Part shown: positions 11,998-25,854 of the stretch, piece by piece
How positions within the stretch are numbered: position 1 is the first letter of the stretch
Layout: every line of letters starts with the position of its first letter
Notes under the pieces: model-generated
The model's database searches: none
The model's input: only the letters and a program-made list of their open reading frames with translations
What the model was told of the DNA's origin: nothing
Position numbers and translations under genes: made by a program
Source of the DNA: Mobula hypostoma
Taxonomy: Eukaryota
Reading direction: 5' to 3'
Length of the DNA: 64,000 bases
Assembly: GCF_963921235.1 (NCBI RefSeq)
Contig: NC_086097.1
Span: forward strand, 215,328,001-215,392,000

Positions 11998-12098
11998 CGT
12001 CCCAATGCAGGGTCTTGGCCCGAAACGTCGACTGTACTTCTCCCTATAGATGCTGCCTGACCTGCTGCGTTTCACCTTGCATTTTGTATGTGTTGGTT
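11998..12098 (+). mobile_element. Penelope-like terminal fragment with mutated hammerhead motif
   Basis: AGGGTCTTGGCCCGAAACGTCGACTGTAC...GATGCTGCCTGACCTGCTG is nearly identical to the reverse complement of 40580-40640. Confidence 0.8.
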
Positions 12099-14099
12099 GA
12101 ATGCTGTTTACTAGGAGCTTCAGAGTGTCTTTGATAAGGTGCTGCACATGAGGCTGCGTACAGGAAAGATACCAACATGGATAGAAGATTGGCTGATTGG
12201 CAGGCAGTAAGGAGTCAGAAAAAAAGTGGATCAATTCTGTTTGACCACCGGTGGCAAGTGTGATCTGCGAGGGTTAGTATTAGGACCGCTTCTTTTCATT
12301 TTATATTTCAAGGATTTGGATAATGGAATTGATGGCTTTGCGGCCAATTTTGCAGATGTTACAAAGATAGGTAGAGGGGTAGGTAGTGCTGAGGAAGCAG
12401 GGGTGCTATAGAAGGACTGAAACAGATTGGGATAAAAAAAAAAGTGGCAGATGGAGTAAAATGTAGGGAAGTGTATGGTAGAAGGAATAAAGGCATTGAC
12501 TATTTTCTAAGTGGGGAGAAAATTCAAAAATCTGAGGTGCAAAGGGACTTGGGAGTCCTTGTACAGGATTCTCTGAAAGTGCACTTGCAGGTTGAGAGCG
12601 TGGTGAGGAAAGCAAATGCAATGCTAGCATTCATTTCCAGAGGACTAGGATATAAAAGTAAAGATGTGATATCAGACCTCACTAGGAGTATTGCAAGCCA
12701 CCTTGGGCCTCTTATCTAAGAAAAGATGTGCCAGCATTAGAAAGTGTCCAAAGGAGGTTCGCAAGAATGATTCTGGGAATAAAAAGTTTAACGTACTGTA
12801 CAGTGGCTCTGGCCTGTACTCACTGGAGTTTGGAAGAATGATGTGCGATCTCATTGAATATTGAAATGCCTAGACAGAGTAGATGTGGAGATGATGTTTC
12901 CTATAGTGGAGAACTCAGCCCTTGCAAATTTGGGCACACTCTGAGGATATTGGAAAGCTTTAGGACAGCCAGCAAGAAAATTAAGACTGCTAGTCAGGGC
13001 CCAGATACCAGCAGAGTGGCCGTCTAAACAGCAAAGCCAGAGACAAAGGAACACAATGTGATGCACAAACTTCAGGAGTTGCTCCTTTGAGCTCTAATTT
13101 ATGCCGCTAAGGAAGAAGATGAGTATGATGCAAACAGTGCAACGATTAACAGCCACTAATATCGTAATGGGTCCCATTTCCCCTGGAAATCATTTGTGGA
13201 GACAACCTTTCAGGTTAGACTGACTGTTACGTGATTTGTTCCAGAAAATTGCTGATTGATCCAACGACTAGTCTAAGTTCCCAAGAAACAAAACTTTGAG
13301 AAAACAAATTGATATTAATGAACCCTATTATTTAAGTTAATATCCACAATCAGCATCCTTTATAGTTAAGAGATTTACTGATGTGTATTTAGGACAAACG
13401 TTGTCCAAAACAATTAATTGTTTTAATCTGACAAACACTATGAGTGACCTACACTTCCTGATTAATATACCTGGCAGTGATTTGATTTACCATGCCACAA
13501 ATAAACACTCCACTAGACTGAAAATACACTCTGTACTGCAGCAGGCAAAGAGTAACCCTATAAATTTGCCACAGGGTCAATGCGGCTGATTTCATTCTTC
13601 CCTCGCAGGACATCTGATGATGTCTGACAGGGCACTGCCACTTCATTACTGCTTCACATTGCAAGAGATGGCCTAAAGGGCAGACAACTGTCCTGCAGTA
13701 AGCTGGAGGCTTGGCTACAGCTGTCAGCAGGATGCTGTGAAAACACGGTGAGATAATGATGGAAGGACAGACAGTATTAGTAGCTGTTTACTCATTTAAC
13801 CATTGCTAGCAGCATGATCATCTTTATGTAGCTCTTAGAATCTCACTATAAACATTTTAGTGGTGTTCTTTTGCTGTTCTAAGTTTATGATCATCACTAG
13901 TCCAATACTGTAGGCAAGGTAGAATTCTATAGTTACTTCTCTTAATGCTATCTTACAAACCCTGCAGCTGTAGTTACAATGTGTTGTGTCAGATCGCTAG
14001 TGTGTGGGTCACTGCTTAATGACGGTAATACAAGGTAAAGTAAAAAATGCCCTGAGAAAATATGCATATATATGTGGTGAGATCTGAAATAAATGTTTC

Positions 14100-17000
14100 G
14101 ATATTCCCAAATGCAGTTAATTAGGCCAGAGGATAATCTGGGCAGCCACTTATTTGGGACAACTCTTAAAAGAACAAAAACTAATTGAGAGAATAGATAG
14201 GATTGCTTTCTTCTATTTGAGACACTATGCCACTTAATTGGGACCGAAGACTACTGACGAGGTTTCTGACCAGCGTCAGTCGCGTGCACTTGTGTGGCCA
14301 TGAGATATTAGAGTGAGCAGTTTTTAAATAGCTTCACAGGCATGTGTTTGTGTTCAAAAGCAATGATTTTTGTCACTGATAGAGGTTAAGAAATTAACAG
14401 TAAGATAGATCAGAATGATTTTGCTCACTGAGGTATCAAGCTTGGAGATGCCAGAAATGGCCAGGAATGGAAGTGAAAAAATTTCAGTACTTCAACAAGT
14501 TAGAAACTTCAAAGAATTTGAAGGTGTCGACAATCATCTTAAATGTTACAATGAAAGAGCAGATTTGGAGGATGCAATCATCAAAAACATTGTACAAATG
14601 CAGTCCACTATTATCGGCACTAGTGTCTGTGCAAATTAGAAGAAACATTGAAACATAGAAAACCTACAGCTCAATACAGGCCACTCGGCCCACAAAGATG
14701 TGCTGAACATGTCCTTACTTTAGAAATTACCTCGGGTTACCCATAGCCCTCTATTTTTATGAGCTCCATGAACCTGTCCAAGAGTCTCTTAGAAGACCCT
14801 GTTGTATCAGCCTCCACCATCGTTGCTGGCAGCCAATTCCACGTACTCACCACTCTCTGCATAAAAAATTTACCCCCGACATCTCCTCTGTACCTACTTC
14901 CAAACATCTTAAAACTGTAACCCCTCGTGCTAGCCTTTTCAGCCCTGGGAAAAAGCCTCCGACTATCCGCACGATCAATGCCTCTCATCATCTTATACAC
15001 TTCTATCAGGTCACCTCTCATCCTCCATCGCTCCAGTGAAAAAAGGCCGAGTTCACTCAACCTATTCTCATAAGGCATGCTCCCCAATCCAGGCAACATC
15101 CTTGTAAATCTCCTCTGCACCCTTTCTATGGTTTCCACATCCTTCCTGTAGTGAGGTGACCAGAATTGAGCACAGTACTCCAAGTGGTTTCTGACCAGGG
15201 TCCTATATAGCTGTAACATTACGTCTCTGCTCCTTAACTCAATCCCACGGTTGATGAAGGCCAATGCACCGTATGCCTTCTTAACCACAGAGTCAACCTG
15301 CGTAGCAGCTTTGAGTGTCCTATGGACTCAGACCTCAAGATCCCTCTGATCCTCCACATTGCCAAGAGTCTTACCATTAATACTATATTCTGTCATCATA
15401 TTTGACATACTAAAATGAACCACCTCACACTTATCTGGGTTGAACTCCATCTGCCACTTCTCAGCCGAGTTTTGCATCCTATCAATGTCCCACTGTAACC
15501 TCTGACAGCTCTCCACACCATCCCCAACACACCCAACCTTTGTGTCACCAGCAAATTTACTAACCCATCCCTCCACTTCCTCATCCAGGTCATCTATAAA
15601 AATCATGAAGAGAAGGGGTCCCAGAACAGATCCCTGAGGCACACCACTGGTGACTGACTTCTGTGCAGAATATGACCCGTCTACAACCACTCTTTGCCTT
15701 CTGTGGGCAAGCCAGTTCTGGATCCATAAAGCAATGTCCCCCTGGATCCCATGCCTCATTATTTTCTCAATAAGCCTTGCATAGAGAACCTTGGTAAATG
15801 CCTTGCTGAAATCCATATACACTACATCTACTGCTCTACCTTCATCAATGTGTTTAGTCACATCCTCAAAAAATTCAATCAGGCTCGTAAGGCATGACCT
15901 GCCTTTGACAAAGTCATGCTGACTATTCCTATTCATATTATGTATCTCCAAATGTTCATAAATCCTGCCTCTCAGGATCTCCATCAACTTACCAACCACT
16001 AAGTAAGACTCACTGGTCTATAATTTCCTGGGTTATCTCTACTCCTTTTCTTGAATAATGGAACAACATCCGCAACCCTCTGATCCTCTCCAACCTCTCC
16101 CGTCCCCATTGAGGATGCAAAGATCATCGCCAAAGGCTCAGCAATCTCCAACCTCGCCTCCCACGGTATTCTGGAGTACATCTCGTCAGGTCCTGGCGAC
16201 TTATCCAACTTGATGCTTTCCAAAAGCTGCAGCACATCCTCTTTCTTAATATCTACATTTTCAAGCTTTTCAGTCCACTGTAAGTCATCCCTACAATTGC
16301 TAAGATCCTTTTCTTTAGTGAATACTGAAGCAAAGTACTCATTAAGTACCTCTGCTACCTCCTTCGGTTCCATACACACTTTTCCACTGTCACACTTGAT
16401 TGGTCCTATTCTTTCACGTCTAATCCTCTGCTCTTCACATATTTGTAGAATGCGTTGGGGTTTTCCCTAATCCTATCCTCTTTTCCTAAGCTCCTCTTTT
16501 CTTCTTGACTAGATTTACAACAGCCTTTGTATGCCATGGTTCCTGTACCCTACCATCCTTTCCCTGTCTCATTGGAACGTACCTATGCAGAATTCCATGC
16601 AAATATCCCCTGAAAATTTGCCACATTTCTTCCGTACATTTCCCTGAAAACAAATGTTCCCAATTTATGCTTCCAAGTTCCTGTCTGATAGTCTCATTTT
16701 TCCCCTTACTCCAGTTAAATGCTTTCCTAACTTGTCTGTTCCTATCCCTCTCCAACGTTATGGTAAAGGAGATAGAATTGTGATCATTATCTCCAAAATG
16801 TTCTCCCACTGAGAGATCTGACACCTGACCAGGTTCATTTCCCAATACCAGATCAAGTACAGCCTCTCCTCTTATCTACATACTATGTCAGGAAACCTTT
16901 TTGAACACACCTAACAAACTCCACTCCATCTAAACCCCTCACTCTAGGGATATGTCAATCGATATTTGGGAAATTAAAATCTCCCACCACGACAACCCTG

Positions 17001-18440
17001 CTATTATTACACCTTTCTAGAATCTGTCTCCCTGTCTGCTCCTCGATGTCCCTGTTACTATTGGGTGGTCTATAAAAAACACCCAGAGGAGTTATTGACC
17101 CCTTCCTGTTCTTAACTTCCACCCACAGAGACTCAGTAGACAACCTCTCCATAACTTCCTCCTTTTCTGCAGCCGTGACACTATCTCTGATCAGCAGTGC
17201 CACGCCCCCACCTCTTTTGCCTCCCCCCCGTCCTTTCTGAAACATCTAAAGCCTGGCACTCGAAGTAACCATTCCTGCCCCTGAGCCATCCACATCTCTG
17301 TAATGGCCACAACATCATAGCTCCAAGTACTGATCCATGCTCTAAGCTCATCCACTTTGTTCATAATACTCCATGCATTAAAATAGACACATTTTAAACT
17401 ATTGGTCTAAGCTTGTCCCTTCTCTATCACCTGCCTATCTCCAAACTGTTTCGCACTGTCTCCAAACTTTCTCTATTTGTGAGCCAACTGCCTCTTCCTC
17501 CGTCTCATCGGTTTGGTTCCCACCCCCCTAGCAATCCTGGTTTAAACTCTCCCCAATAGCCTTAGCAAACCAACCCACCAGGATATTGGTCCCCTCAGAT
17601 TCAATTGCAACCTGTCCTTTTTGTACAGGTCACACCTGCCCCAAAAGAGATCCCAATGATCCAGAAATCTGAATCCCTGCCCCCTGCTCAGCCACGCATT
17701 TATTCTCCACCTCATTCTATTCCTATACTCACTGTCACGTGGCACAGGCAGTAATCCCAAGATGACTAGCTTTGTGGTCCTGCTTCTCAACATCTTTCCT
17801 AACTCCCTGTAGTTTGCTTTCAGGACCTCCTCCCTTTTCCTATCTATGTCGTTGGTACCAATATGTATCACAACCTCTGGCTGTTCTTCTTCCCACTTCA
17901 GGATATCATGGACGCGTCTGACTCCTGCCTTTCCCTCTCCTGACTGTTACTGACTTATCTGTCTCCCCAGGCCCTGGTATGACTGCCTGCCTATAGCACC
18001 TTTCTATCACCTCTTCACTTTCCCTGACCAGACGAAGGTCATCGAGCTGCATCTCCAGTTCCCTAACGCAATCCCTAAGGAGCTGCAGCTCGCACACCTG
18101 GCACAGATGTGGCCATCCGGGAGGCTGGGAATCTCCCCGACATCCCACATCTGACACCGAGCACAGAATAATTCTTTTTATTTACAGTCAATCAAAAGAA
18201 CATGACAGCGCACACTGGATGAACTCACCCGTCGATAACTATTAAAAATGAATACATAATTTTTTAGTAAAGTAGAGCTAATGTAAGTGCTCTAATTTGT
18301 TCTGTATTTCATTTAATTTCATAACTTGTTACACCATTAAATGGAAGTTTGTCTTTTTTTACTATTTCCATGGAACTTTGGCTAATTGGGCCAAAATATA
18401 CTACTCCCAATGAGTCCCTATTAACTGAAATCCACTGTAT
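14100..18440 (+). mobile_element. Tigger/pogo-like DNA transposon remnant split by a CR1 (parts ~14100-14637 and ~18168-18440)
   Basis: Left CAGTTAATTAGG versus right CCCTATTAACTGAAATCCACTGTA (imperfect inverted ends, TA terminus). ORF 14415-14639 resembles an acidic Tigger C-terminus. Confidence 0.55.
14638..18165 (-). mobile_element. Near full-length CR1 LINE (ORF1, endonuclease, RT), disrupted
   Basis: ORF1 coiled coil and esterase (HIGTND, GLLPVP; 17542-18157); endonuclease (GGGVALL, FYRPPNS, GDFNFP; 16955-17245); RT (NYRPVSLT, DFSKAF, GVPQGSVLGP); (TTTCTATG)-type tail. Confidence 0.97.
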
Positions 18441-19179
18441 GTACACATTTTATGTGAAATTAAGTTTGCTGTACAAGAAAATAGCCAATTTATACTTCAG
18501 CATGATTCTACAGGGGTCCCTAGGTTCCCAGACAGAGGTCCAGTATGAGAATAGTTGACAAGATCTGAGCCTCGAAATAACATTACACTTATCTGGTGTG
18601 CTAAAAACATTTAGTGCAAAGGGCGAAAAAAAAATAGTATACTGATGACAAAAGACAGGCAAAGCTCAAGGGAAATCGTACTGAAGTGACTTACACCCAG
18701 AAACAAGCGCTAAATTAGGATTTGCATGATTCTCTCCATTCAGTACAGCTGACAACTCTTTGCCTGAAAGACACACAGCAAAGAATGCCTCAGATCTGCA
18801 GATTCCCCATGGCAGCGTGACAGGAACACAGCCGTAGGGGAGGAGGCTGATGGCAAGAGGCAGACAGTTCACAAAGGGACATTCAAACCCTGCTGAATAA
18901 AATGCATGCTACATGGAAGGTCCTATATGCTAGAAAGCCCAGAGGCTCACCAAGACCACCATGAGGTGTGTAGGGCAGGAAATGATCTCCCCCGACAGTA
19001 ACAATCCCTGCACCATGGAGCAATGGATGCTTCTAGCCAGGCAATCCACATCAGGGGTGCGTAAAAAGAACTACTCTTTAATCAGGACTGAGATGGAGAT
19101 TTTAAAGGAAGGGTTTTGCGGCAGTTTCTCTGCATTGAGGACTGACCAACCAACTAAAGGGATTCATTAGAAAGAGCCA

Positions 19180-22100
19180 ATAAAAATAATTCAAGCGGCA
19201 GCAGGGTGGCTGTGGTTTTGGAGTGTGCCAGTGTTTAGAGTGGCTTTGGCTCATCATACTCAGGTTCGGGTGAAGTAAGTTGTCTTGTCAGTTAATTGTC
19301 TCTGTACTTATTTGATCAGTCCTCGTTGTTAGGGTATAGTAGTTTTGTGAGAATGGCTCTGGGGCAGTGTTTTGTAATCTGTGTGGGATGTTGGAATTAT
19401 GGGGGATCTCCAGCCTCCCGGATAAACACATCTCTACCAGGTGCACCGAGCTGCAGCTCCTGAACGAGCGTGCTAAAGAACTGGAGCTGCAGCTCAAAGG
19501 CCTTTGACTCATACGGGAGAATGAGGAGGTGATACAGGGAGGTAGTTACCCCTAGGTTGCAGGAGACAGGTAATTGGGTGACTGTCAAGATAAGCAGGGG
19601 AAACGCACAACCAGTACAGATTACACCTGTGGCCATTCCCCTCAATAATATGTATCCAAAGTTGGATACTGTACTATCGAGGGGGAACGAACGACCATGG
19701 GGGAGCCATAATGATCGGATCTCTGGCACTGAGTCTGGTGTGGTGACTCAGATAACAGAGGTGAAGAGGACTGCAGTGTTGAAAGGAGATTCCTTTCACA
19801 GGAAAGGAGGTGACGTTCTGTGGGTGTGATAGAGACACCCAGATGGTCTGTTTCCTCCCTGTTGCCAGGATCAGGGACGTCTCAGATCGGGTCCATTGCA
19901 TTCTCAAAGGGAAGGGGGAGCAGCCTAAAGTATTGGTGAATATTGGTATCAATGACATAGGTAGACAAGGTGAGGAGGACCTGGTGAGATCTTAGGGAGC
20001 TAGGTAGAAAGCTGAGAAACAGGACCTCCATGACAGTTACCTCTGGATTGCTGTCTGTGCCACGTGCCAGTGAGGGTAAGAATAGGATCATCTGGCAGGT
20101 GAATATGTGGCTGAGGAACTGGTGCAGGAGGCAGGGGTTCACTTTTATGGATCATTGGGATCTCTTCTGGGGAAGGTATGACCTGTACAAAAGGGATAGG
20201 TTACACTTGAACTTGAGTGGGATCAATATCCTCGCGAGCAAGTAAGCTAGAGTTGTTTGGGTGGGTTTAAACTAACTTGGCAGGGGGTTGAGGACAGGAG
20301 TGATAGTGCTGAACATGAGGTAATTGGTTTGCCATCAGAGACAATGTGTAGAGAGACTCCTAGCAAGGGGAGGCTGATGATAGGGCAAAATTGCAGTCAA
20401 CAAGACGAGCTGCAACGTAAAAGGTGGACCAAATTGAAAAGCATGAATACAGGACTGAAGGTAATATATTTGAATGCGCGCAGTATACGGAATAAGGTCA
20501 ATGAACTTGTAGCACAGTTACAGATTGGCATGTATGATGTTGCGGGCGTCACTGATTTGTGGCTTAAAGAAGATGGCTGGGAGCTTAACATCCAAGGATA
20601 CACATTGTATTGAAAGGACCAGCCGGAAGGCTGACTGGTGGCAGGGCTCTGTTGGTAAAAAATGAAATTAAATCATTAGAAAAAGATGACATAGGCTTGG
20701 AAGGTATTAAATGGTTGTGGATAGAGCGAAGGAACTGCAAAGGTAAAAAGAATCTGAAGGAAGTTATATACAGACTCCCAAACAGTAGTAAGGATATTGT
20801 CTACAAGTTACAACAGGAGGTAGAACATGCATGCCAAAAGGCATTGTTACAATAGTCATGGGGGATTCAATACGCAGGTCAATTGGGAAAATCGGTGCAG
20901 GATTCTAAGAGGGGGAGTTTCTAGAATGCCTATAAGATGGCTTTTTAAATCAGTTGTGGTTGAGCCCACTAGGGGATTAGCTATTCTGGATTGGGTGCTG
21001 TGTAATGAACTGGAATTGATTACAGAGCTTCAGATAAAGGAACCTTAAGAGAAAGGTGATCGTAATATGATAGATTTCACCCAGCAATTTGAGAAGTAGA
21101 AGCTAAAGTCAGTGTTACAGTAGAGTAAAGGGAATTACAGACGCATGAGAGAGAAGTTGGCCAGAATTGATCGGAAAAGAACACTGGCAGGGATGACAGC
21201 AGAGCTGCTTTGGTTGCAATTTCAGGAAGCAATTCAGAAGGGACAGATACATCCCAAAGAGGAAGAAGTATTCTAAAGGCAAAATGACACAAATATGGCT
21301 GACCAGCAAAGTCAAAGCCGACATAAAAGCCAAAGAGAGGGCACATAATAGAGCAAAAATTAGTGGGAAGTCAGGAGATTGGGAAGCTTTGAAATACCAG
21401 TAGAAGGCAACTAAAAAGTCATTAAGAAGGTAAAGATAGAATACGAAAGTCAGCTAGCCAATAATATTGGAGAGAACACCAAAGGTTTCTTCAGATACAT
21501 GAAGTCTAAAAGAGAGGTGAGAGTGGATATTGGACCGCTGTAAGATGATGCTGGAGCATTAGTAATGGCGGGGGGGGGGGCAAGGAAATGGTGGTTGAAC
21601 TGAATAAGTATTTTGCATCAGTCTTCACTGTGGTAGACACTAGCAGTATGAAGGAAGTTCCAGGTGTCAGGGGTCATGAAGTGTGTGAAGTTACCAATAC
21701 TGGAGAGAAGGTTCTTGGGAAACTGAAAGCTCTGAAGGTAGATAAGTAACGTGGACTAGATGGTGCATACGCCAGGGTTTTGAAAGAGGTGGCTGAAGAG
21801 ATTGTGGAGGCATTAGTACTTATCTTTCAAGAATCACAAGATTCTGGAATGATTCTGGAAGACTGAAAAATTGCAAATGTCACTTCACTCTTCAAGAAGA
21901 CAGAGAAGCACAAGAAAGGAAATTATAGGCCAGTTAGTCCGACCTCAGTGGCTGGGAAGATGTTGGAGTCGATTGTTAAGGATGTTTTTTCAGGATACAT
22001 GATAAAATAAGCTGTCATCAGCCTGGTTTCCTCAAGGGAAAATCTTGCCTGACAAATCTGTTAGAATTCATTAAAGAACTTGGTGATTGTAGTGCTGACT

Positions 22101-23705
22101 TGCAGCAGAATGAAAAGTTTGAGCATGTAGATATTAAGAAAGAGGATGTGCTGGAGCTTTTGGAAAGCATCAAGCTGGATAAGTCGCCGGGACCGGATGA
22201 GATGTACCCCAGGCTAATGTGGGAGGTGAGGGAGGAGATTAAACACATTGATGAAGGAAGAACAGTAGATGTAGTGTATATGGATTTCAGCAAGGCATTT
22301 GATAAGGTACCCCATGCAAGGCTATTGAGAAAGTAAGGAGGCATGGGATCCAAGGGGACATTACTTTATGGATCCAGAACTGGCTTGCCCACAGAAGGCA
22401 AAGAGTGGTTGTAGACGGGTCATATTCTGCATGGAGGTCGGTGACCAGTGGTGTGCCTCAGGGATCTGTACTGGGATTTTTATTTTTATTTTACTCTTCA
22501 TGATTTTTATAAATGATCTGGATGAGGAGGTGGAGAGATGGGTTGGTAAGTTTGCTGATGACACAAAGGTTGTAGGTGTTGTGTTGTGGACAGTGTGGAG
22601 GGCTGTCAGAGGTTACAGCAGGACATTGATAGGATGCAAAACTGGGCTGAGAAGTGGCAGATGGAGTTCAACCCAGATAAGTGTGAAGTGGTTCATTTTG
22701 GTAGGTCAAATATGATGGCAGAATATAGTATTAATGGTAAGACTCTTGGCAATGTGGAGGATCAGAAGGATCTTGGGCTCGGAAACCATAGGACACTCAA
22801 AGCAGCTGCACAGGTTGACTCTGTGGTTAAGAAGGCATACGGTGTATTGGCCTTCATTAATCATGGAATAGAACTTAGGAGCCGAGAGGTAATGTTGCAG
22901 CTATATAGGACCCTGGTCAGACCCCACTTGGAGTACTGTGCTCAGTTCTGGTCGCCTCACTACAGGAAAGATGTGGAAACCATAGAAAGGGTGCAGAGGA
23001 GACTTACAAGGATGTTGCCTGGATTGGGGAGCATACCTTATGAAAACAGGTTGAGTGAACTCGGCCTTTTCTCCTTTTCTCCTTGGAGCGACGGAGGATG
23101 AGGGGTGACCTGATAGAGGTGTATAAGATGACGAGAGGCATTGATCGTGTGGATAGTCAGAGGCTTTTTCCCAGGGCTGAAATGGTTGCCACAAGAGGAC
23201 ACAGGTTTAAGGTGCTGGGGAGTAGGTACAGAGGAGATGTCAGGGGTAAGTTTTTTACTCAGAGAGTGGTGAGTGTGTGGAATGGGCTGCCAGCAATGGT
23301 GGTGGAGGCGGATGCAATATGGTATTTTAAGAGACTTTTAGGTAGGTACATGGAGCTTAGAAAAATAGAGGGCTATGGGGAAGTCTAATAATTTCTAAGG
23401 TAGGGACATGTTCGGCACAACTTTGTGGGCCGAAGGGCCTGTACTGTGCTGTAGATTTTCTATGTTTCTAACTAACAAGCTGGATAGACAAAGGAGAAAT
23501 ACTTGGATTTTCATAAGGCCTTTGACAAGGTGCCATACATGAGGCTGCTTTACAAACTATGAACCAATGGTATTACTGGAAAAATTCTAACATGGATAAA
23601 GCAGTGGCTGCTTGATGGGAGGCAAGGGGTGGCAATTAAGGGAGCCTTTGTTGGTTGGCTGCTGGTGACTAGTGCTGTTCCAAAGGGGTCTCTGTTGGGT
23701 CCAGT
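19180..23705 (+). mobile_element. Near full-length CR1 (second subfamily), interrupted at ~22078-23470
   Basis: ORF1 (CFLPVARIRD, NIGIND), endonuclease start YLNARSIRNK, and RT up to CLTNLLEF at about 22070. It resumes at about 23470 with DFHKAFDKVP and SAVPKGSLLGP. Confidence 0.92.
22078..23470 (+). mobile_element. 5'-truncated CR1 nested in CR1
   Basis: Same subfamily as 14638-18165; RT C-terminal ORFs 22100-23388; TTTCTATGTTTCTA tail; internal deletion at REEI|KHIDEG. Confidence 0.95.
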
Positions 23706-24735
23706 TCCCTCCAGGCGCTCAGATACTTCGGCCTTCACCCTGCCTTGTGTAGCTGGATCACTGGCAGGTGGTAAGAGTGGGTTCCCTCACCTCTGCCCCT
23801 CTGACACTTAACACAGGTGTCCTTCAGGGCTGTATACTAAACCTCCTCCTTTACACTCTGTATACCCATGACTGTGTCACTACCCAAAACTCCAATCTGC
23901 TAATTAAATTTGCTGATGACACTACACTGATTTGCCTGATCTCAAATAATAATGAGGCAGCCTACAGAGAGGAAGTCATCAGCCTGACACTGTGGTGTCA
24001 AGAAAACAACCTCTCCCCCAATGTCGCAAAAACAAAGGAGCTGGTTGTGGACTACAGGAGGAATGGAGACATGCTAATCCCTATAGACATCAATAGATCT
24101 GGGGCTGAGAGGGTGAATAGCTTTAAGTTCCTCTGCATAAACATCACCAAGGATCTCATGTGGTCTGTACATACTGGCTGTGTGGTGAAAAAGGCACAAC
24201 AGCGCCTCCTTCACCTCAGACAGTTGAAGAAGTTTTGGTATGGTCCCCAAAATTCTAAGAACTTTCTATAGGGACACGATGGAGAGCATCCTGACTGGCT
24301 GCATCATTGCCTGGTACAGGAACTGTACCTCCCTCAATCGCAGGACTCTGCAGAGAGTGGTGTGGACAGCCCAGCGCATCTGTAGATGTGAACTTCCCAC
24401 TATTCAGGACATTTACAAAGACAGGTGTGTAAAGAGGGCCCGAAGGATTATTGGAGACCCAAATCATCCCAACCACAAACTGTTTCAACTGCTACCATCC
24501 GGGAAACAGTACTGCAGCATAAAAGCCAGGACAAACGGGCTCCGGGACAGCTACTTCCACCAGACTATCAGGCTGCTTAATTCATGTTGACGCAACTGTA
24601 TTTCTATGTTATATTGACTATCCTGTTGTACATAATATTTATTATAAATTGCACAGTGCACATTTGAACGGAGATGTAATGATTTTTACTCTCAAGTGTT
24701 TGAAGGATGTAAGTAATAAAGTCAATTCAATTCAC
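23706..24735 (+). mobile_element. Rex1/Babar-type LINE, 5'-truncated
   Basis: ORFs 23768-24590 carry NTGVLQGCILNLLLYTLYTHDC, KFADDTT, KTKELVVDYR and ESILTGCI; AATAAA plus (CAATT)n tail. Confidence 0.92.
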
Positions 24736-24759
24736 TTCCAATAGGTGTATACTGGTTTA

Positions 24760-25090
24760 ACTTCATCACTCAGAGGCTGGTGAGAATGTGGAACAAGCTT
24801 CTAGCAGAAGTGGTGGATGCAGAATTGATTTCAACATTTAAGAGAAGTTTGGATCGGTACACGGACGGGAGGGGTACGGATGGCTATGGTTTATGGGCAT
24901 GGATTGGAGGGGTATGGATGGCAATGGTCTACAGGCATGGATTGGAGGGGTATGGATGGCTATGGTCTATGGGCATGGATTGGAGGGGGATGGAAGGTGC
25001 AGGTCTATGGGACTAGGCAGAATAATACAGTAGTTCAGCATGGACTAGGTGGTGTGAATGGCCTGTTTCTGTGCTGTAGTGTTCTATGAC
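24760..25090 (+). mobile_element. CR1 3' end containing a 38-bp tandem repeat
   Basis: ACTCAGAG...GTGAGAATGTGGAAC and GGCCTGTTTCTGTGCTGTAGTGTTCTATG are CR1 3'-end motifs. Confidence 0.85.
24868..24995. repeat. 38-bp tandem repeat, ~3.3 copies
   Basis: Unit GGAGGGGTATGGATGGCTATGGTCTATGGGCATGGATT starts at 24868, 24906 and 24944, with a partial copy at 24982. Confidence 0.95.
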
Positions 25091-25399
25091 TCTTTGAGTC
25101 TGTGACTGCACCTGGCCACTGGCGTGTCCTGCTGGTGGTGACCATGGGAGTGTAGAGACGGCCACTTTGTTTACATTGAACATTGTGATTGACTGGTTTG
25201 TTTGGAGGGAAGTCTCTCCAGCTGAAAGTTCCTCGTTGTTTATGCTAACAATGCTCCCCTTCTTCCCTCATCTGGAAGATGAGGCTGTGCATGGTGAGCG
25301 TTCCTCTTCCTGCTCCTTCTCTTCTCCTGTTGCTCTCCAGGCTCATCCGATGACCCTCAACCTCCTTGTTGCTTTCCTTTCCGCACCAGCCACAGTTTT

Positions 25400-25850
25400 C
25401 AATATGAGCATGTTCATCATGTTGTACATGACAAGGCAGAGCCTGCATTTGTTTGCCATGTACTGCACGATGCCCCTGGATGGCATAGATAACACAATCT
25501 CATCAGCAAGAGATCCCCTGAGGTCACCTGGACCTCTTTATGAACAGGAAAGTTTCACCCCTGCAATGTGAAGTTCATTGTGGATCAGTAAATGTTTTAG
25601 TGGTGGTGCCATTTCTCTCAGAATCACCTGGCTGCTTTAAGCAGACGTTCTGAGTTTGCCTGCCAGTCGGTGGCGCTGTGTGGATTTTTGAGGGACAAGG
25701 GCTTCCCGCTACCATTGAGTTCGGGATATTCATGAAATTGTCTAATTTATTTAGGAGAACCCCTGCATTCATGGAAAAAATTATTAATTCATTTAAATGG
25801 GACATTTGTAGGATCATATCTGAAATCATGTGTACTCCATTGGGCTCCTT
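25400..25850 (-). mobile_element. Possible PIF/Harbinger transposase remnant
   Basis: Minus strand ~25420-25520 reads, across a frameshift, LLLMRLCYL..SRGIVQYMANKCRLCLVMYNMMN, resembling the Harbinger LLKMRFRCL..SGG.LQY...CC.LHN motif. Very degenerate. Confidence 0.4.
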
Positions 25851-25854
25851 AATT

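Larger units (their letters stand above)
10800..12912 (+). mobile_element. CR1 ORF2 fragment with two internal insertions
   Basis: KVDESSGPDELHLRVLKEVAEE, GPLLFILY...FAANFADVTKIG and KANAMLAFISRG motifs. Confidence 0.9.

Noticed and set aside
13609..13747. Plus-strand exon candidate (TTCCCTCGCAG acceptor, GTGAGA donor)
   Set aside because: Stops in all three frames and no other support.
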